Assembly (NCBI GenBank): GCA_964492155.1
Contig: CAZBJD010000001.1
Span: 5,729 to 69,728, forward strand
Reading direction: 5' to 3'
Source: an uncultured Eubacteriales bacterium
GTDB lineage: Bacteria; Bacillota; Clostridia; RGIG6154
Length of the DNA: 64,000 bases
Both the position numbers and the translations under genes were made by a program. Every line of letters starts with the position of its first letter. The stretch's first letter is position 1. The notes beneath the pieces are model-generated. The model saw only the letters and a program-made list of their open reading frames with translations. It was not told the origin of the DNA and ran no database searches. Shown here one piece after another: positions 9,597 to 18,776 of the stretch.

Positions 9597-10721
9597 ATGA
9601 GTAAAAATTTTTTAAAAATATTTATATTTCTTTTTATAATTGTATTTGCAAAAAAGGTGTGTGCAGAAAACAATTTGATTTTGGAACAATATAACAATAT
9701 GGAAATTGATGGTATATTTTATGCAGCGGAGGAGGCTTTGCCTGAATTTAACAGCAGAAAGATAGTTGAGATGCTGACAAGCGGAACCGCTTTTGAAACT
9801 GAAAACATTTTTCATATTGTTATTAATTATTTATTTGCAAACGCGAGGGAATTAATAAAGATTTGTTTATTAATTATTACTATCGGATATATAATCAGCA
9901 TAATTAATGTAACTCAAGAATCGTTTGGCGGTAACAGCACTCAAACGGCATTTTTGGTTGGATACTGTATATTTGCAGGAATACTTGGTTCATCATTTAG
10001 TACTGTTATTACGCCGGCAAAGGACGCAATTCAGATGCTGATAAGTATGATAAAGACGTCTATACCAACACTGCTGACATTGCTAACACTTGGTGGAGGA
10101 ATAAACACTTCTGCATATATGTCATCTTCGTTAATATCTATGATTAACATTATAGCACTGATATTAGGAGAATTTTTAATTTCAGTGGTCACTGTTATAG
10201 TGGCATTATCTGTTGCGGATAGAATGTCTAACAGGATTAATGTCACTTCAACAGTAAAGTTTTTAAAGCAATTTGTACGTTGGATTATGATATTTTGTAT
10301 GGCGATATACAGCGGGATTTACGGGGTATATGGTTTGGCAGGGACTGCACTCGATAGCAGAATTGGTAAAGCAACAAAATTTGCTGTAGGTAGCAGTGTA
10401 CCAATAGTAGGCGGCGTAGTCTCAGACTCAATTGAAGTTGTTCTTGGTACTGTCAGTGCCGTCAGGAGTATTACGGGGATAGTTGGTATAATATCAATAT
10501 GCGCACTGGCTTTGCAGCCTCTTGTAAAAACCGGTATGGTTATGTGGTCGCTACGGTTATGTGCTGCTATTTTAGAGCCGGTTTCGGATCAAAGACTTGT
10601 ACAACTAACATCAGATATTGCAGATTGCGTTTCGTTGATTTTTGCAATTCTTGTTTCAGTAAGTCTTTTGTTGGTTGGTTGCATTGGCATAATTCTTATA
10701 TGCGGTAATTTTTTGTTGTGA
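9597..10721 (+). CDS. spoIIIAE: Stage III sporulation protein AE.
   Basis: 374 aa with a signal peptide and a polytopic C-terminal region. Confidence 0.7.
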   Translation: MSKNFLKIFIFLFIIVFAKKVCAENNLILEQYNNMEIDGIFYAAEEALPEFNSRKIVEMLTSGTAFETENIFHIVINYLFANARELIKICLLIITIGYIISIINVTQESFGGNSTQTAFLVGYCIFAGILGSSFSTVITPAKDAIQMLISMIKTSIPTLLTLLTLGGGINTSAYMSSSLISMINIIALILGEFLISVVTVIVALSVADRMSNRINVTSTVKFLKQFVRWIMIFCMAIYSGIYGVYGLAGTALDSRIGKATKFAVGSSVPIVGGVVSDSIEVVLGTVSAVRSITGIVGIISICALALQPLVKTGMVMWSLRLCAAILEPVSDQRLVQLTSDIADCVSLIFAILVSVSLLLVGCIGIILICGNFLL

Positions 10722-10729
10722 GGTGTAAA

Positions 10730-11164
10730 ATGAGTAAAGCACTTCTTTTAATTGCAGAAACTGTAGTAGTTATAAATATTATATATGTTCTGTTGCCAAA
10801 TGGTACTTTTGAAAAATACAGCAGACATATCTTTGGGTTGATACTTATGCTGGTTTTTGCAGGCACTGTTACAAAAGTGGATATTTCAAGTGATATTCTT
10901 TACTTTGATAAAAATATCCCTGTTTACAACCAACAAAAAATCATAGATGTTGTTGAACACCAAACAAAAGATATCATTGAAGAGAAGATTGTTGAACAAC
11001 TCACAAATGAAGGTGTTAGCATCAAAAATGTTACGGTATCTCTTGAAAATGATACGCTAAATGGTATAGAAATTGTTTCAGGCAATAATACCAATAATGA
11101 AAAAATAATAAGTCTTGTTGCAGAGTATTGTGGTGTAAATGATAATATTATTGTAGTAAAATAG
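10730..11164 (+). CDS. spoIIIAF: Stage III sporulation protein AF.
   Basis: ATG at 10730 after GAGGTG (the ORF track gives GTG at 10718). Two N-terminal transmembrane helices. Confidence 0.55.
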   Translation: MSKALLLIAETVVVINIIYVLLPNGTFEKYSRHIFGLILMLVFAGTVTKVDISSDILYFDKNIPVYNQQKIIDVVEHQTKDIIEEKIVEQLTNEGVSIKNVTVSLENDTLNGIEIVSGNNTNNEKIISLVAEYCGVNDNIIVVK

Positions 11165-11173
11165 GGAGAATAT

Positions 11174-11638
11174 ATGAAACTTAAAAGTACTATCGAAAAA
11201 CTTTTGAACAAAAAGAACTTATTGATATTATTGTTTTTGGGAATTGCATTAATGGTTTTTCCGGATATTCTTGGAAAAAATGAACAGGCGTGCGAACAAC
11301 CCGCATTGCAAAATGAACGAATAGATGAAAAAGCCTTAGAAAAAATTCTTATAAAATTGGACAGCGTAGAAAAAGTTGATGTTTTTGTTACATACAATGA
11401 CAACGGCAATACAAATTACGCTTATGATGTAACAAGCGATACTGACAGGCAGGAACTAAAAATCAAGATGAGTAAAGATACTCCGCTGGTTACTCATACC
11501 GATAATCCTCGTATTAATGGCATATTAGTAGTTGTGCAAGGGAAAAATTTAAGCACACTTGAACTGTGTAATATTGTTAAAGCTGCAACAGGTGTTCCTT
11601 TGCATAGAATTTGTGTAGTTGTATCGAAAGGAGAATGA
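11174..11638 (+). CDS. spoIIIAG: Stage III sporulation protein AG.
   Basis: N-terminal transmembrane helix. Conserved C-terminal NGILVVVQG…AATGVPLHRICV. Confidence 0.6.
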   Translation: MKLKSTIEKLLNKKNLLILLFLGIALMVFPDILGKNEQACEQPALQNERIDEKALEKILIKLDSVEKVDVFVTYNDNGNTNYAYDVTSDTDRQELKIKMSKDTPLVTHTDNPRINGILVVVQGKNLSTLELCNIVKAATGVPLHRICVVVSKGE

Positions 11639-11640
11639 AA

Positions 11641-12150
11641 ATGAAAAAAATTTTTAACAGGAAATACATTACTGCCGTTATGATAATAGTGTTGCTTTTG
11701 GCAGGAGCTATTAATAGAAATTATTCTCAGAGTAATAAAGAAGAAACAACAAAAATTCTTGGTGAAGCAGCTTATGTCAATAACGATGTTGCAATTGAAG
11801 AAAATTCAGAATACAATATTGCTATGAATGCACGTGATAAAGCAAGAGATGAAGCAAAAGAAACTTTGCAGGACATCATTAAAAACCCAAATACAACAGG
11901 AGAGGGCAGGAAATCTGCCGAACAAGAGTTGATATCGTTGGTTAAAATAAGTAAAAATGAAGCAGATTGCGAAATGATATTAAAAGAAAAGGGATTTGAA
12001 AATGTTGTAGTTACAATCACAGATGCCGGTGCAAATGTTTCAGTGTCAATTGAAAATCCTATGAATACAGAAATTGCACAAATTACGGAAACCGTATCTT
12101 CGGTTACAGGTATAGCTGCAGAAAAAATAAAAATTTTATCGGGTGATTGA
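11641..12150 (+). CDS. spoIIIAH: Stage III sporulation protein AH.
   Basis: ATG at 11641 after AAAGGAGAA. N-terminal transmembrane helix plus a YscJ-like C-terminal domain. Confidence 0.6.
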   Translation: MKKIFNRKYITAVMIIVLLLAGAINRNYSQSNKEETTKILGEAAYVNNDVAIEENSEYNIAMNARDKARDEAKETLQDIIKNPNTTGEGRKSAEQELISLVKISKNEADCEMILKEKGFENVVVTITDAGANVSVSIENPMNTEIAQITETVSSVTGIAAEKIKILSGD

Positions 12151-12175
12151 TATTCATAAAAGTTTGTGATATAAT
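12147..12175 (+). promoter_or_regulatory. SigmaA-type promoter upstream of the Asp23-family gene.
   Basis: TTGATA - 17 nt - TGaTATAAT (extended -10). It overlaps the spoIIIAH stop codon. Confidence 0.45.
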
Positions 12176-12228
12176 ATTAACTGCAGTATGACAGACAACT
12201 TTATATATTTACCCAGGAGGAACAAAAT

Positions 12229-12579
12229 ATGATTGAAAAACAAAACGATTTTGGTGAAGTTAGAATTTCTGATGAAGTTATTTCCGTTGTTTCATCAATT
12301 GCTGTCGGAGATGTCGACGGTGTTGTTGGAATTTATGATTCCGGGAAGTCAGGAATTTTTGGGATGAAAAACAATTCTAAAGGTGTATCTGCTGAAATGA
12401 AAGACAATGTTATTTCCGTTGATATTGACATTGTAGTAAAGTATGGCGTAAAAATGCAGGATATTTCTTGGGAAATTCAAAGTAAGGTGAAAAATGCTGT
12501 TGAAACTATGACAGGACTTTTGGTTCAGAAAGTTAATGTCAACATAAAAGGGATTGAAGTTCCGGAAGTTTCTGAATAA
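12229..12579 (+). CDS. Asp23/Gls24-family envelope stress protein.
   Basis: 116 aa. The same family, YqhY, follows spoIIIAH in B. subtilis. Confidence 0.8.
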   Translation: MIEKQNDFGEVRISDEVISVVSSIAVGDVDGVVGIYDSGKSGIFGMKNNSKGVSAEMKDNVISVDIDIVVKYGVKMQDISWEIQSKVKNAVETMTGLLVQKVNVNIKGIEVPEVSE

Positions 12580-13797
12580 ATGGGGTTATTCAATACAAAA
12601 CGTCCTATAGCAATGATTATTCTGATTAATTTAGCCGGATATGCGTTGCTTTCCTTTTTTAAACACAGTTATGATGTTGATATGCTTTATGTAGGGCTTG
12701 CCGTAATTGGTATGCTCTGTTTTTCGTATGTTTTGACATCTAAATTTGGCGTTCAGGATGGTTATATTTTTTTAATCGTTGCAATGCTGTTTTCAATTGG
12801 CGAAATAATGCTCTACAGAATTGATAGCTATTTTGGACATAGACAACTGAAGTGGCTGGCAATTAGTCTGGTGTGTTTCTTTATTATATATTTTATGGTA
12901 ATGAAATTAAATTTTTGGACAAAACTCGGATGGGTTTATTATTTTGCAACGATAGGACTTTTGGTACTTACCATAATTATCGGAACAACCCGTGGCGGTG
13001 CTAAAAACTGGATAGTATTCGGTAATTGGGGATTTCAGCCATCTGAAATTGCAAAACTTTTGGTTGTATTTTTTCTTGCCGACAGATATAACCGACCTGA
13101 AAGATACAGGCTCAAAGGAATAAATGAAGGCATTGTAACTTCTGTTTTGGTATATTTTGCAATAGGATTAATGATTTTACAAAAAGAATGGGGAACTTCT
13201 GTTCTTATTTTTATGGTGCATTTGGCACTAATGTATATTTTCGGTGAAAAAAAACGCATTATATTCAGCAACTTGTTGTTTGGCATTGTCGGATGCCTGC
13301 TTGGAGCCATTTTAGTATCTCATATAAAAGTACGAATAGATGTATGGCTTGACCCTTGGTCGGATATGACCGGGAAGGGGTATCAGATAACTCAGTCATT
13401 GTTTGCAATTGGCTCAGGCGGCTTTTTTGGAAGCGGTATCGGACTGGGCAGTCCTGAGTACATACCGGAAGTACATTCAGATTTTATTTTTTCTGCAATA
13501 TGTGAAGAACTTGGACTATTCGGCGGTGTTGCAGTAGTTATGCTATACTTTCTTTTGGTGTACAGAGGCATAAGGATTGCGATGAAATCCAACCACATTT
13601 TCTACAGATGTGTAGCTGCGGGAATTAGTATTTTATTTGGCTTTCAAACATTTATAATTCTTGGAGGCGTAATTAAACTAATTCCTTTGACAGGAATAAC
13701 GCTGCCATTTATCAGTTACGGCGGCAGTTCATTGCTAATCAGCTTTTCGGCGGTTGCGGTCCTCGAGGCTATTGCTAACAGGCGGGAAAATGTGTAA
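12580..13797 (+). CDS. SEDS-family peptidoglycan glycosyltransferase (FtsW/RodA/SpoVE).
   Basis: 405 aa, polytopic, with the family C-terminal GGSS…S region. Contiguous with the Asp23 gene. Confidence 0.85.
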   Translation: MGLFNTKRPIAMIILINLAGYALLSFFKHSYDVDMLYVGLAVIGMLCFSYVLTSKFGVQDGYIFLIVAMLFSIGEIMLYRIDSYFGHRQLKWLAISLVCFFIIYFMVMKLNFWTKLGWVYYFATIGLLVLTIIIGTTRGGAKNWIVFGNWGFQPSEIAKLLVVFFLADRYNRPERYRLKGINEGIVTSVLVYFAIGLMILQKEWGTSVLIFMVHLALMYIFGEKKRIIFSNLLFGIVGCLLGAILVSHIKVRIDVWLDPWSDMTGKGYQITQSLFAIGSGGFFGSGIGLGSPEYIPEVHSDFIFSAICEELGLFGGVAVVMLYFLLVYRGIRIAMKSNHIFYRCVAAGISILFGFQTFIILGGVIKLIPLTGITLPFISYGGSSLLISFSAVAVLEAIANRRENV

Positions 13798-13830
13798 TTG
13801 CTTATAAAATATACAGATAGGAGGGGAGAC

Positions 13831-15273
13831 ATGAGAAAAAGTGATTTGGATAAAGGCGGAAGTATATACAGAGAAGAGACAAGGCTAATTGTTGTTCTTT
13901 GTACTATCGGCATTATGTTCTTGTGTCTCGTTGGATATCTTACTTATATTGAAATTTATTCAAAGGACAAGTTTATCAGCAATTCCTTCAATCAGCGGCA
14001 ATGGAAACTTGAAGAAAGTACATTACGCGGAGAAATATATGACCGTGACGGAGTTGTTCTTGCCCACAGTGTTATGAATGATAATAATACACAAATAAGA
14101 GAATATCCATATAAGGAGTTATATACTCATGTTATTGGTTATACTTCAAAAATATATGGGAAATCACAAATTGAACTTGCTTATAATAAAGAATTAGCCG
14201 GATTAGCTGATTCCAACGGGTTAACGGGCATTACCGAACAAATCAGCGGTAATAAGGAAGGTAATTCCGTAACTTTGACGATTTCAAATCAACTTCAACA
14301 GGTTGCGTCTGCAAAAATGGGCGGACGAAAAGGTGCTGTTGTAGCCATACAACCGCAAACCGGTGAAATACTTTGTATGTTAAGCAATCCATCGTTTATG
14401 CCTGACGATGAATCCCTGCAGGAAAAGTGGTCAGACTTAAATGACGATACGTCATCACCTTTTGTAGCAAGAGCCACCAATGGGTTATATGCTCCGGGAT
14501 CTATTTTTAAAACTATTATGTTATGTGCTGCTCTTGATAATGGCTTGCAGGATGAAGTTATTAATGATACCGGTGAATATGTTGTTGGAAATAAAGCCTT
14601 TAAGAATAGCGGAAATCGTTCATATGGTGAACTTTCTTTGATGAAAGCGTATTCTGTTTCAAGTAATGTTGCTTTTATGCAAATTGGAGATAAACTCGGG
14701 CAAGATGCTGTCAAGGATTATATGAAAAAATTTAAAATAGGCGACAGTATTCCGTTTGAACTCGCTGCCTCTAAAAGCAGGTTTGATTATAATGATAAGA
14801 TGGGAAAAGGTGATTTCGCCCAATTGTGCATCGGACAAGGTAAGTTGTTGGTGACGCCACTTCAAATGGCATTAATGACGGCAACAATTGCCAATGATGG
14901 TATCATGCAAAAGCCGTATTTGGTAAGTAAGGTTACAAATAGTCTGGGTATAACTGTCGAAAGCACAAGACCGCAAATATTTGATAGGGTTATTTCTTCC
15001 AATACCGCTGCTCAAGTTACAGATTATATGATAAATGTTGTGGAAAACGGAACAGGTTATAACGCACGTATCAATGGTGTCAAAGTTGCCGGTAAAACCG
15101 GTACCGCCGAAAATGAAATTCCAGGTAAAGAACATACATGGTTTATTGGTTTTGCTCCTGCCGACAATCCTACCATTGCAGTTGCGGTTTTGTGTGAATA
15201 TAGCGGCAACACCGGCGGAGCTGACGGTGCACCGATTGCTGCGGCATTAATTAAAGAATGGCTTAATAATTAA
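13831..15273 (+). CDS. Class B penicillin-binding protein (transpeptidase) with no PASTA domains.
   Basis: Motifs SIFK (SXXK), SSN (SXN) and KTGTAE (KTG). Start at MRKSD after AGGAGGGGAG (ORF-track start 13798). Confidence 0.85.
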   Translation: MRKSDLDKGGSIYREETRLIVVLCTIGIMFLCLVGYLTYIEIYSKDKFISNSFNQRQWKLEESTLRGEIYDRDGVVLAHSVMNDNNTQIREYPYKELYTHVIGYTSKIYGKSQIELAYNKELAGLADSNGLTGITEQISGNKEGNSVTLTISNQLQQVASAKMGGRKGAVVAIQPQTGEILCMLSNPSFMPDDESLQEKWSDLNDDTSSPFVARATNGLYAPGSIFKTIMLCAALDNGLQDEVINDTGEYVVGNKAFKNSGNRSYGELSLMKAYSVSSNVAFMQIGDKLGQDAVKDYMKKFKIGDSIPFELAASKSRFDYNDKMGKGDFAQLCIGQGKLLVTPLQMALMTATIANDGIMQKPYLVSKVTNSLGITVESTRPQIFDRVISSNTAAQVTDYMINVVENGTGYNARINGVKVAGKTGTAENEIPGKEHTWFIGFAPADNPTIAVAVLCEYSGNTGGADGAPIAAALIKEWLNN

Positions 15274-15303
15274 AAACGGCTTTTTATAATTGGAGGAATT
15301 TTT

Positions 15304-16722
15304 ATGTATAATGCTAAATCTATGAAAGCGGAAGAGTTTATATCTCACGACGAGATAGTTGAAACTTTAAAATATGCTGAGGACAATAAGACCAATATTG
15401 AATTGGCAAGAGAAATATTAAAGAAAGCTCAACAGTGTAAAGGTCTTTCTCATCGGGAGGCGTCAGTTCTTCTTGCGTGTGAAGATAAAGATATTATCAA
15501 TGATATTTACGCACTTGCTAACAAAATCAAGAAAGATTTTTATGGCAACAGAATTGTAATGTTCGCACCATTATACCTTTCTAATTATTGTGTTAATGGG
15601 TGCGTATACTGCCCGTATCATGCAAAGAACAAACAGATACCAAGAAAAAAATTGTCACAAGAAGAGGTTGAACGCGAAGTTATAGCTTTGCAAGATATGG
15701 GACATAAAAGACTTGCTATTGAGGCGGGTGAAGACCCGGTCAATAATCCTATTGAGTATATCTTGGAATGTGTTAAAACTATTTATGGTGTTAAACATAA
15801 AAACGGTGCAATCAGACGTGTTAATGTCAATATTGCAGCTACAACTGTAGAAAATTACAGAAAACTTAAAGAAGCTGAGATTGGAACTTACATATTGTTC
15901 CAAGAAACTTACCATAAAGAAAGTTATGAAAAATTACATCCTACAGGTCCCAAACACGATTATGCATATCACACTGAAGCGATGGATAGAGCGATGGAGG
16001 GCGGAATTGATGATGTCGGCCTCGGCGTATTATTCGGATTGGAAATGTATAAATATGAGTTTGCCGGTTTGTTAATGCACGCCGAGCATTTAGAAGCTGC
16101 ACATGGCGTTGGCCCGCACACAATCAGCGTTCCGAGAATTAAGCGTGCAAGTGACATAGATCCAAGTGCATTTGATAATGGAATTGATGATGATACTTTT
16201 GCTAAAATTATTGCTTGTATCAGAATTGCTGTTCCGTATACAGGTATGATTATTTCAACCCGTGAAAGTAAAGAATGCAGAGAGAAAGTGTTGCCGTTGG
16301 GAATTTCTCAGATTAGCGGCGGTTCCAGGACAAGTGTTGGTGGATATTATGAACCCGAACCCGAAGATGATAACTCTGAACAATTTGATGTTAGCGATAA
16401 GAGAACATTGGATGAAGTTGTAAGATGGCTTATGGAACTTGGTTATATCCCGAGTTTTTGCACAGCCTGTTACAGATTGGGCAGAACAGGTGACAGATTT
16501 ATGCAATTATGTAAAGCAGGTCAAATTCTTAATTGCTGCCATCCTAATGCATTAATCACTTTGAAAGAATTTCTTGTTGATTATGCTTCTGCTGAAACAA
16601 AATCTATTGGAGATAAATTGATAGATAAAGAAATCGAACTTGTACCAAATGAAAAAGTTAAGAAGTTTGCAAAACAAAACCTTCTCGAAATAGAAAATGG
16701 TATGCGAGATTTTAGATTTTAA
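15304..16722 (+). CDS. hydG: [FeFe]-hydrogenase H-cluster radical-SAM maturase HydG.
   Basis: CVNGCVYC radical-SAM motif and a C-terminal CX2CX22C (CTAC…NCC). 472 aa. Confidence 0.8.
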   Translation: MYNAKSMKAEEFISHDEIVETLKYAEDNKTNIELAREILKKAQQCKGLSHREASVLLACEDKDIINDIYALANKIKKDFYGNRIVMFAPLYLSNYCVNGCVYCPYHAKNKQIPRKKLSQEEVEREVIALQDMGHKRLAIEAGEDPVNNPIEYILECVKTIYGVKHKNGAIRRVNVNIAATTVENYRKLKEAEIGTYILFQETYHKESYEKLHPTGPKHDYAYHTEAMDRAMEGGIDDVGLGVLFGLEMYKYEFAGLLMHAEHLEAAHGVGPHTISVPRIKRASDIDPSAFDNGIDDDTFAKIIACIRIAVPYTGMIISTRESKECREKVLPLGISQISGGSRTSVGGYYEPEPEDDNSEQFDVSDKRTLDEVVRWLMELGYIPSFCTACYRLGRTGDRFMQLCKAGQILNCCHPNALITLKEFLVDYASAETKSIGDKLIDKEIELVPNEKVKKFAKQNLLEIENGMRDFRF

Positions 16723-16780
16723 TTAATAACTCCGTAATTTTTCGGAGGATTTATACAAATAAAATTAAATGTCCTCAACG

Positions 16781-17122
16781 TCAAAATAAAGGGCAAAGAG
16801 GGTATATTAACTTAAATATAAAAAAGATTATTACACAAAGAACTATTACAAATGCAGAGAATATAAGAGCTGCAGCTGCATAGTTCTTTTTGTTTATGTT
16901 TGTTTTTGAAGAACAACACCAAGTAACAAAAGAAATTAAATTTACCAGTGGTATTATTGACAAAGCAAACATTAGCAAATAGTCGGAAATTTTAAGCATT
17001 CGTATCTTTTTAGTTTGTGGTAATGTTGAATAAGCTCTTTGCTTCGCAGTGAGAGGAGAACCGCAATTCTTGCAGTATGTATCATTTTCATTTATTTGTT
17101 TTCCGCATATAGGACAATTCAT
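16781..17122 (-). CDS. Zinc-ribbon membrane protein of unknown function.
   Basis: CPICG…CKNCG zinc ribbon followed by two transmembrane segments. Confidence 0.5.
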   Translation of the reverse strand: MNCPICGKQINENDTYCKNCGSPLTAKQRAYSTLPQTKKIRMLKISDYLLMFALSIIPLVNLISFVTWCCSSKTNINKKNYAAAALIFSAFVIVLCVIIFFIFKLIYPLCPLF

Positions 17123-17124
17123 AA

Positions 17125-17592
17125 TTATACTCCTTTAATAATATCTAAACCAAATTTTCCGTCATCAATTTCAATGACACCATATGAACAATAAGTGTCT
17201 CTTGGCCTCGAAATACTGCCCGGGTTTAAGAGCGTAATTCCACTATCGGTAATTTTCTCACTTCTGTGCGTGTGTCCCCGAAGAATAATCGAACAGCCTT
17301 CATCTTCAGCAATCTTAAACAATGTTTCTTGCTTATACATATGACCATGGCAACAAAATATTTTCACATCGTCACATTCAACTACGGTTTCCAATGGAAC
17401 AGTATAGTTAAAATCGTTGTTACCACGAATTTTTATCATTTCAATATCAGGATATAGATAGCTGATATTTTCCGCATCGGAAATGTGATCGCCCAAATGG
17501 ATAATCATATCAACGTCAATCAGGTTATCCAGAATTCGCATACAGTTATTTATATCTCTGTGTGTATCTGAAAAAACTACTATTCTTTTCAA
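17125..17592 (-). CDS. YfcE/MJ0936-family metallophosphoesterase.
   Basis: VVFSDTH…GDH…GHTH motifs. A TTG start with GGGTGA 6 nt upstream gives MKRIVVF (the ORF track extends to 17637). Confidence 0.8.
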   Translation of the reverse strand: MKRIVVFSDTHRDINNCMRILDNLIDVDMIIHLGDHISDAENISYLYPDIEMIKIRGNNDFNYTVPLETVVECDDVKIFCCHGHMYKQETLFKIAEDEGCSIILRGHTHRSEKITDSGITLLNPGSISRPRDTYCSYGVIEIDDGKFGLDIIKGV

Positions 17593-17646
17593 ACAAATCA
17601 CCCATATAAGTTTATTATATAAATATGATTTTGTCAAGAAACAGTA

Positions 17647-17674
17647 ACAAGATATTAATTTTATTCATAATATA
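17647..17674 (+). promoter_or_regulatory. Candidate mother-cell (sigmaK/sigmaE-class) promoter.
   Basis: AC - 17 nt - CATAATATA, close to the sigmaK -10 consensus CATAnnnTA. It lies upstream of the mini-ORF. Confidence 0.3.
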
Positions 17675-17716
17675 AAACGAGGACACAAGTTCCAATAATT
17701 AATAGGAGGAGTTATT

Positions 17717-17800
17717 ATGTTAAACTGTAATTCTGAAAAAGGTATGGATACCGGTATTTTATTCTTTATTCTGGTATTTTTGATTTTGTTTGCTTGCTAA
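17717..17800 (+). CDS. 27-aa hydrophobic peptide, MLNCNSEKGMDTGILFFILVFLILFAC. Possibly YjcZ-like.
   Basis: Perfect AGGAGG 7 nt upstream of the ATG. It is not in the ORF track because it is short. Confidence 0.4.
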   Translation: MLNCNSEKGMDTGILFFILVFLILFAC

Positions 17801-17814
17801 CATATTTTTAATCC

Positions 17815-17846
17815 GAGTGCCATACAATTATCTTAGTATGGCACTC
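17815..17846 (+). other. Perfect stem-loop, stem 11 bp and loop 10 nt.
   Basis: gagtgccatac-aattatctta-gtatggcactc. No U-tract on either strand. Located 10 nt upstream of the RBS of the next ORF. Confidence 0.6.
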
Positions 17847-17871
17847 CGCCTTGGAAAGGAGTAAAACAGCT

Positions 17872-18114
17872 GTGGATATATTAGGTAAAAACATTGACCC
17901 CGAGGTACTGCAAAAGATTGCTGATGTTCTGAAAACGCCCGAAGGAAATAAACTGAAATCACAAATGCAAAACGTAGACAAAGAATCTTTGATGAAGTTG
18001 CTCACACAAATGAATATGTCGCAGCAGGATATTGTTGAAGCAAGTAATAAAATTAAAGAACTTTCGCAAGCAGAGTTGATGAATAAAATATTTGAAAAAT
18101 TGAGAAGGAGCTAA
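17872..18114 (+). CDS. Hypothetical small protein, helical and K/E-rich.
   Basis: GTG at 17872, 10 nt after AGGAG (the ORF track gives TTG at 17851). I recognise no domain. Confidence 0.4.
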   Translation: MDILGKNIDPEVLQKIADVLKTPEGNKLKSQMQNVDKESLMKLLTQMNMSQQDIVEASNKIKELSQAELMNKIFEKLRRS

Positions 18115-18116
18115 AA

Positions 18117-18500
18117 ATGGATAGCAATGCTGTTAATATGTTCAATAGCCTGTTGTCAAACCCGGATGCATTAAATAATATAAAAGATATGTTTAATAAT
18201 ATTAATGGGGAAAATAAACTTGACGGGAATTTCGCTGAAAAAACATCAGGTAACGATGATAATAAATCTAATCAACCTGATATGACATTTATTATTGACT
18301 TAATCAACAAAAATCAAAATAAGGAGTTGTTGCGAAAAGTCAGCAATGCATACAGTGCTTATTCAAGCAATTCATCGCCGGGAATTGGACTGCTTGAAGC
18401 ATTATCACCTTATTTAAGCAGTAAACGCTCAGCCAATCTTGAAATGGTTAAAAATGTCATAAGAATGACAAATGCAGTTTCCGAATTTAACCGAAAATAA
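18117..18500 (+). CDS. Hypothetical N/S-rich low-complexity protein.
   Basis: 127 aa. Its start is 3 nt after the previous stop, suggesting translational coupling. Confidence 0.4.
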   Translation: MDSNAVNMFNSLLSNPDALNNIKDMFNNINGENKLDGNFAEKTSGNDDNKSNQPDMTFIIDLINKNQNKELLRKVSNAYSAYSSNSSPGIGLLEALSPYLSSKRSANLEMVKNVIRMTNAVSEFNRK

Positions 18501-18512
18501 TATTAGGAGGAT

Positions 18513-18767
18513 ATGATGGAGCGAAGGTATTACAGGCAATATGAGAATTTTGATACTGTGGTTCCAAGAATTGACGATTTTCCTGTTCTTGATGCACACA
18601 CTGCCGCCAGTACAAAGTGTGATGATAATTCGGCAATTTTATCCGGTATTAAGGCAGATGATATAATCCTGCTGGGGATATTGATATTGCTGCTGTTAGA
18701 AGATGAAAAAGACATTACTGCAATACTCGGCATTGCTTTTTTGTTCTTGGCCGAGTACATATTTTAA
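18513..18767 (+). CDS. Hypothetical small protein with a C-terminal hydrophobic segment.
   Basis: 84 aa, RBS AGGAGG. Convergent with yihY. Confidence 0.3.
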   Translation: MMERRYYRQYENFDTVVPRIDDFPVLDAHTAASTKCDDNSAILSGIKADDIILLGILILLLLEDEKDITAILGIAFLFLAEYIF

Positions 18768-18776
18768 AGCCGCACA

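Noticed and set aside
10924-11409. A 161-aa minus-strand ORF inside spoIIIAF/AG, and similar antisense ORFs (e.g. 6313-6801, 14295-14714, 38513-38947, 48971-49399, 55066-55485).
   Set aside because: They fall entirely within well-supported genes on the opposite strand. They have low-complexity S/T/F-rich translations and no SD sequence. These are shadow ORFs typical of AT-rich DNA.
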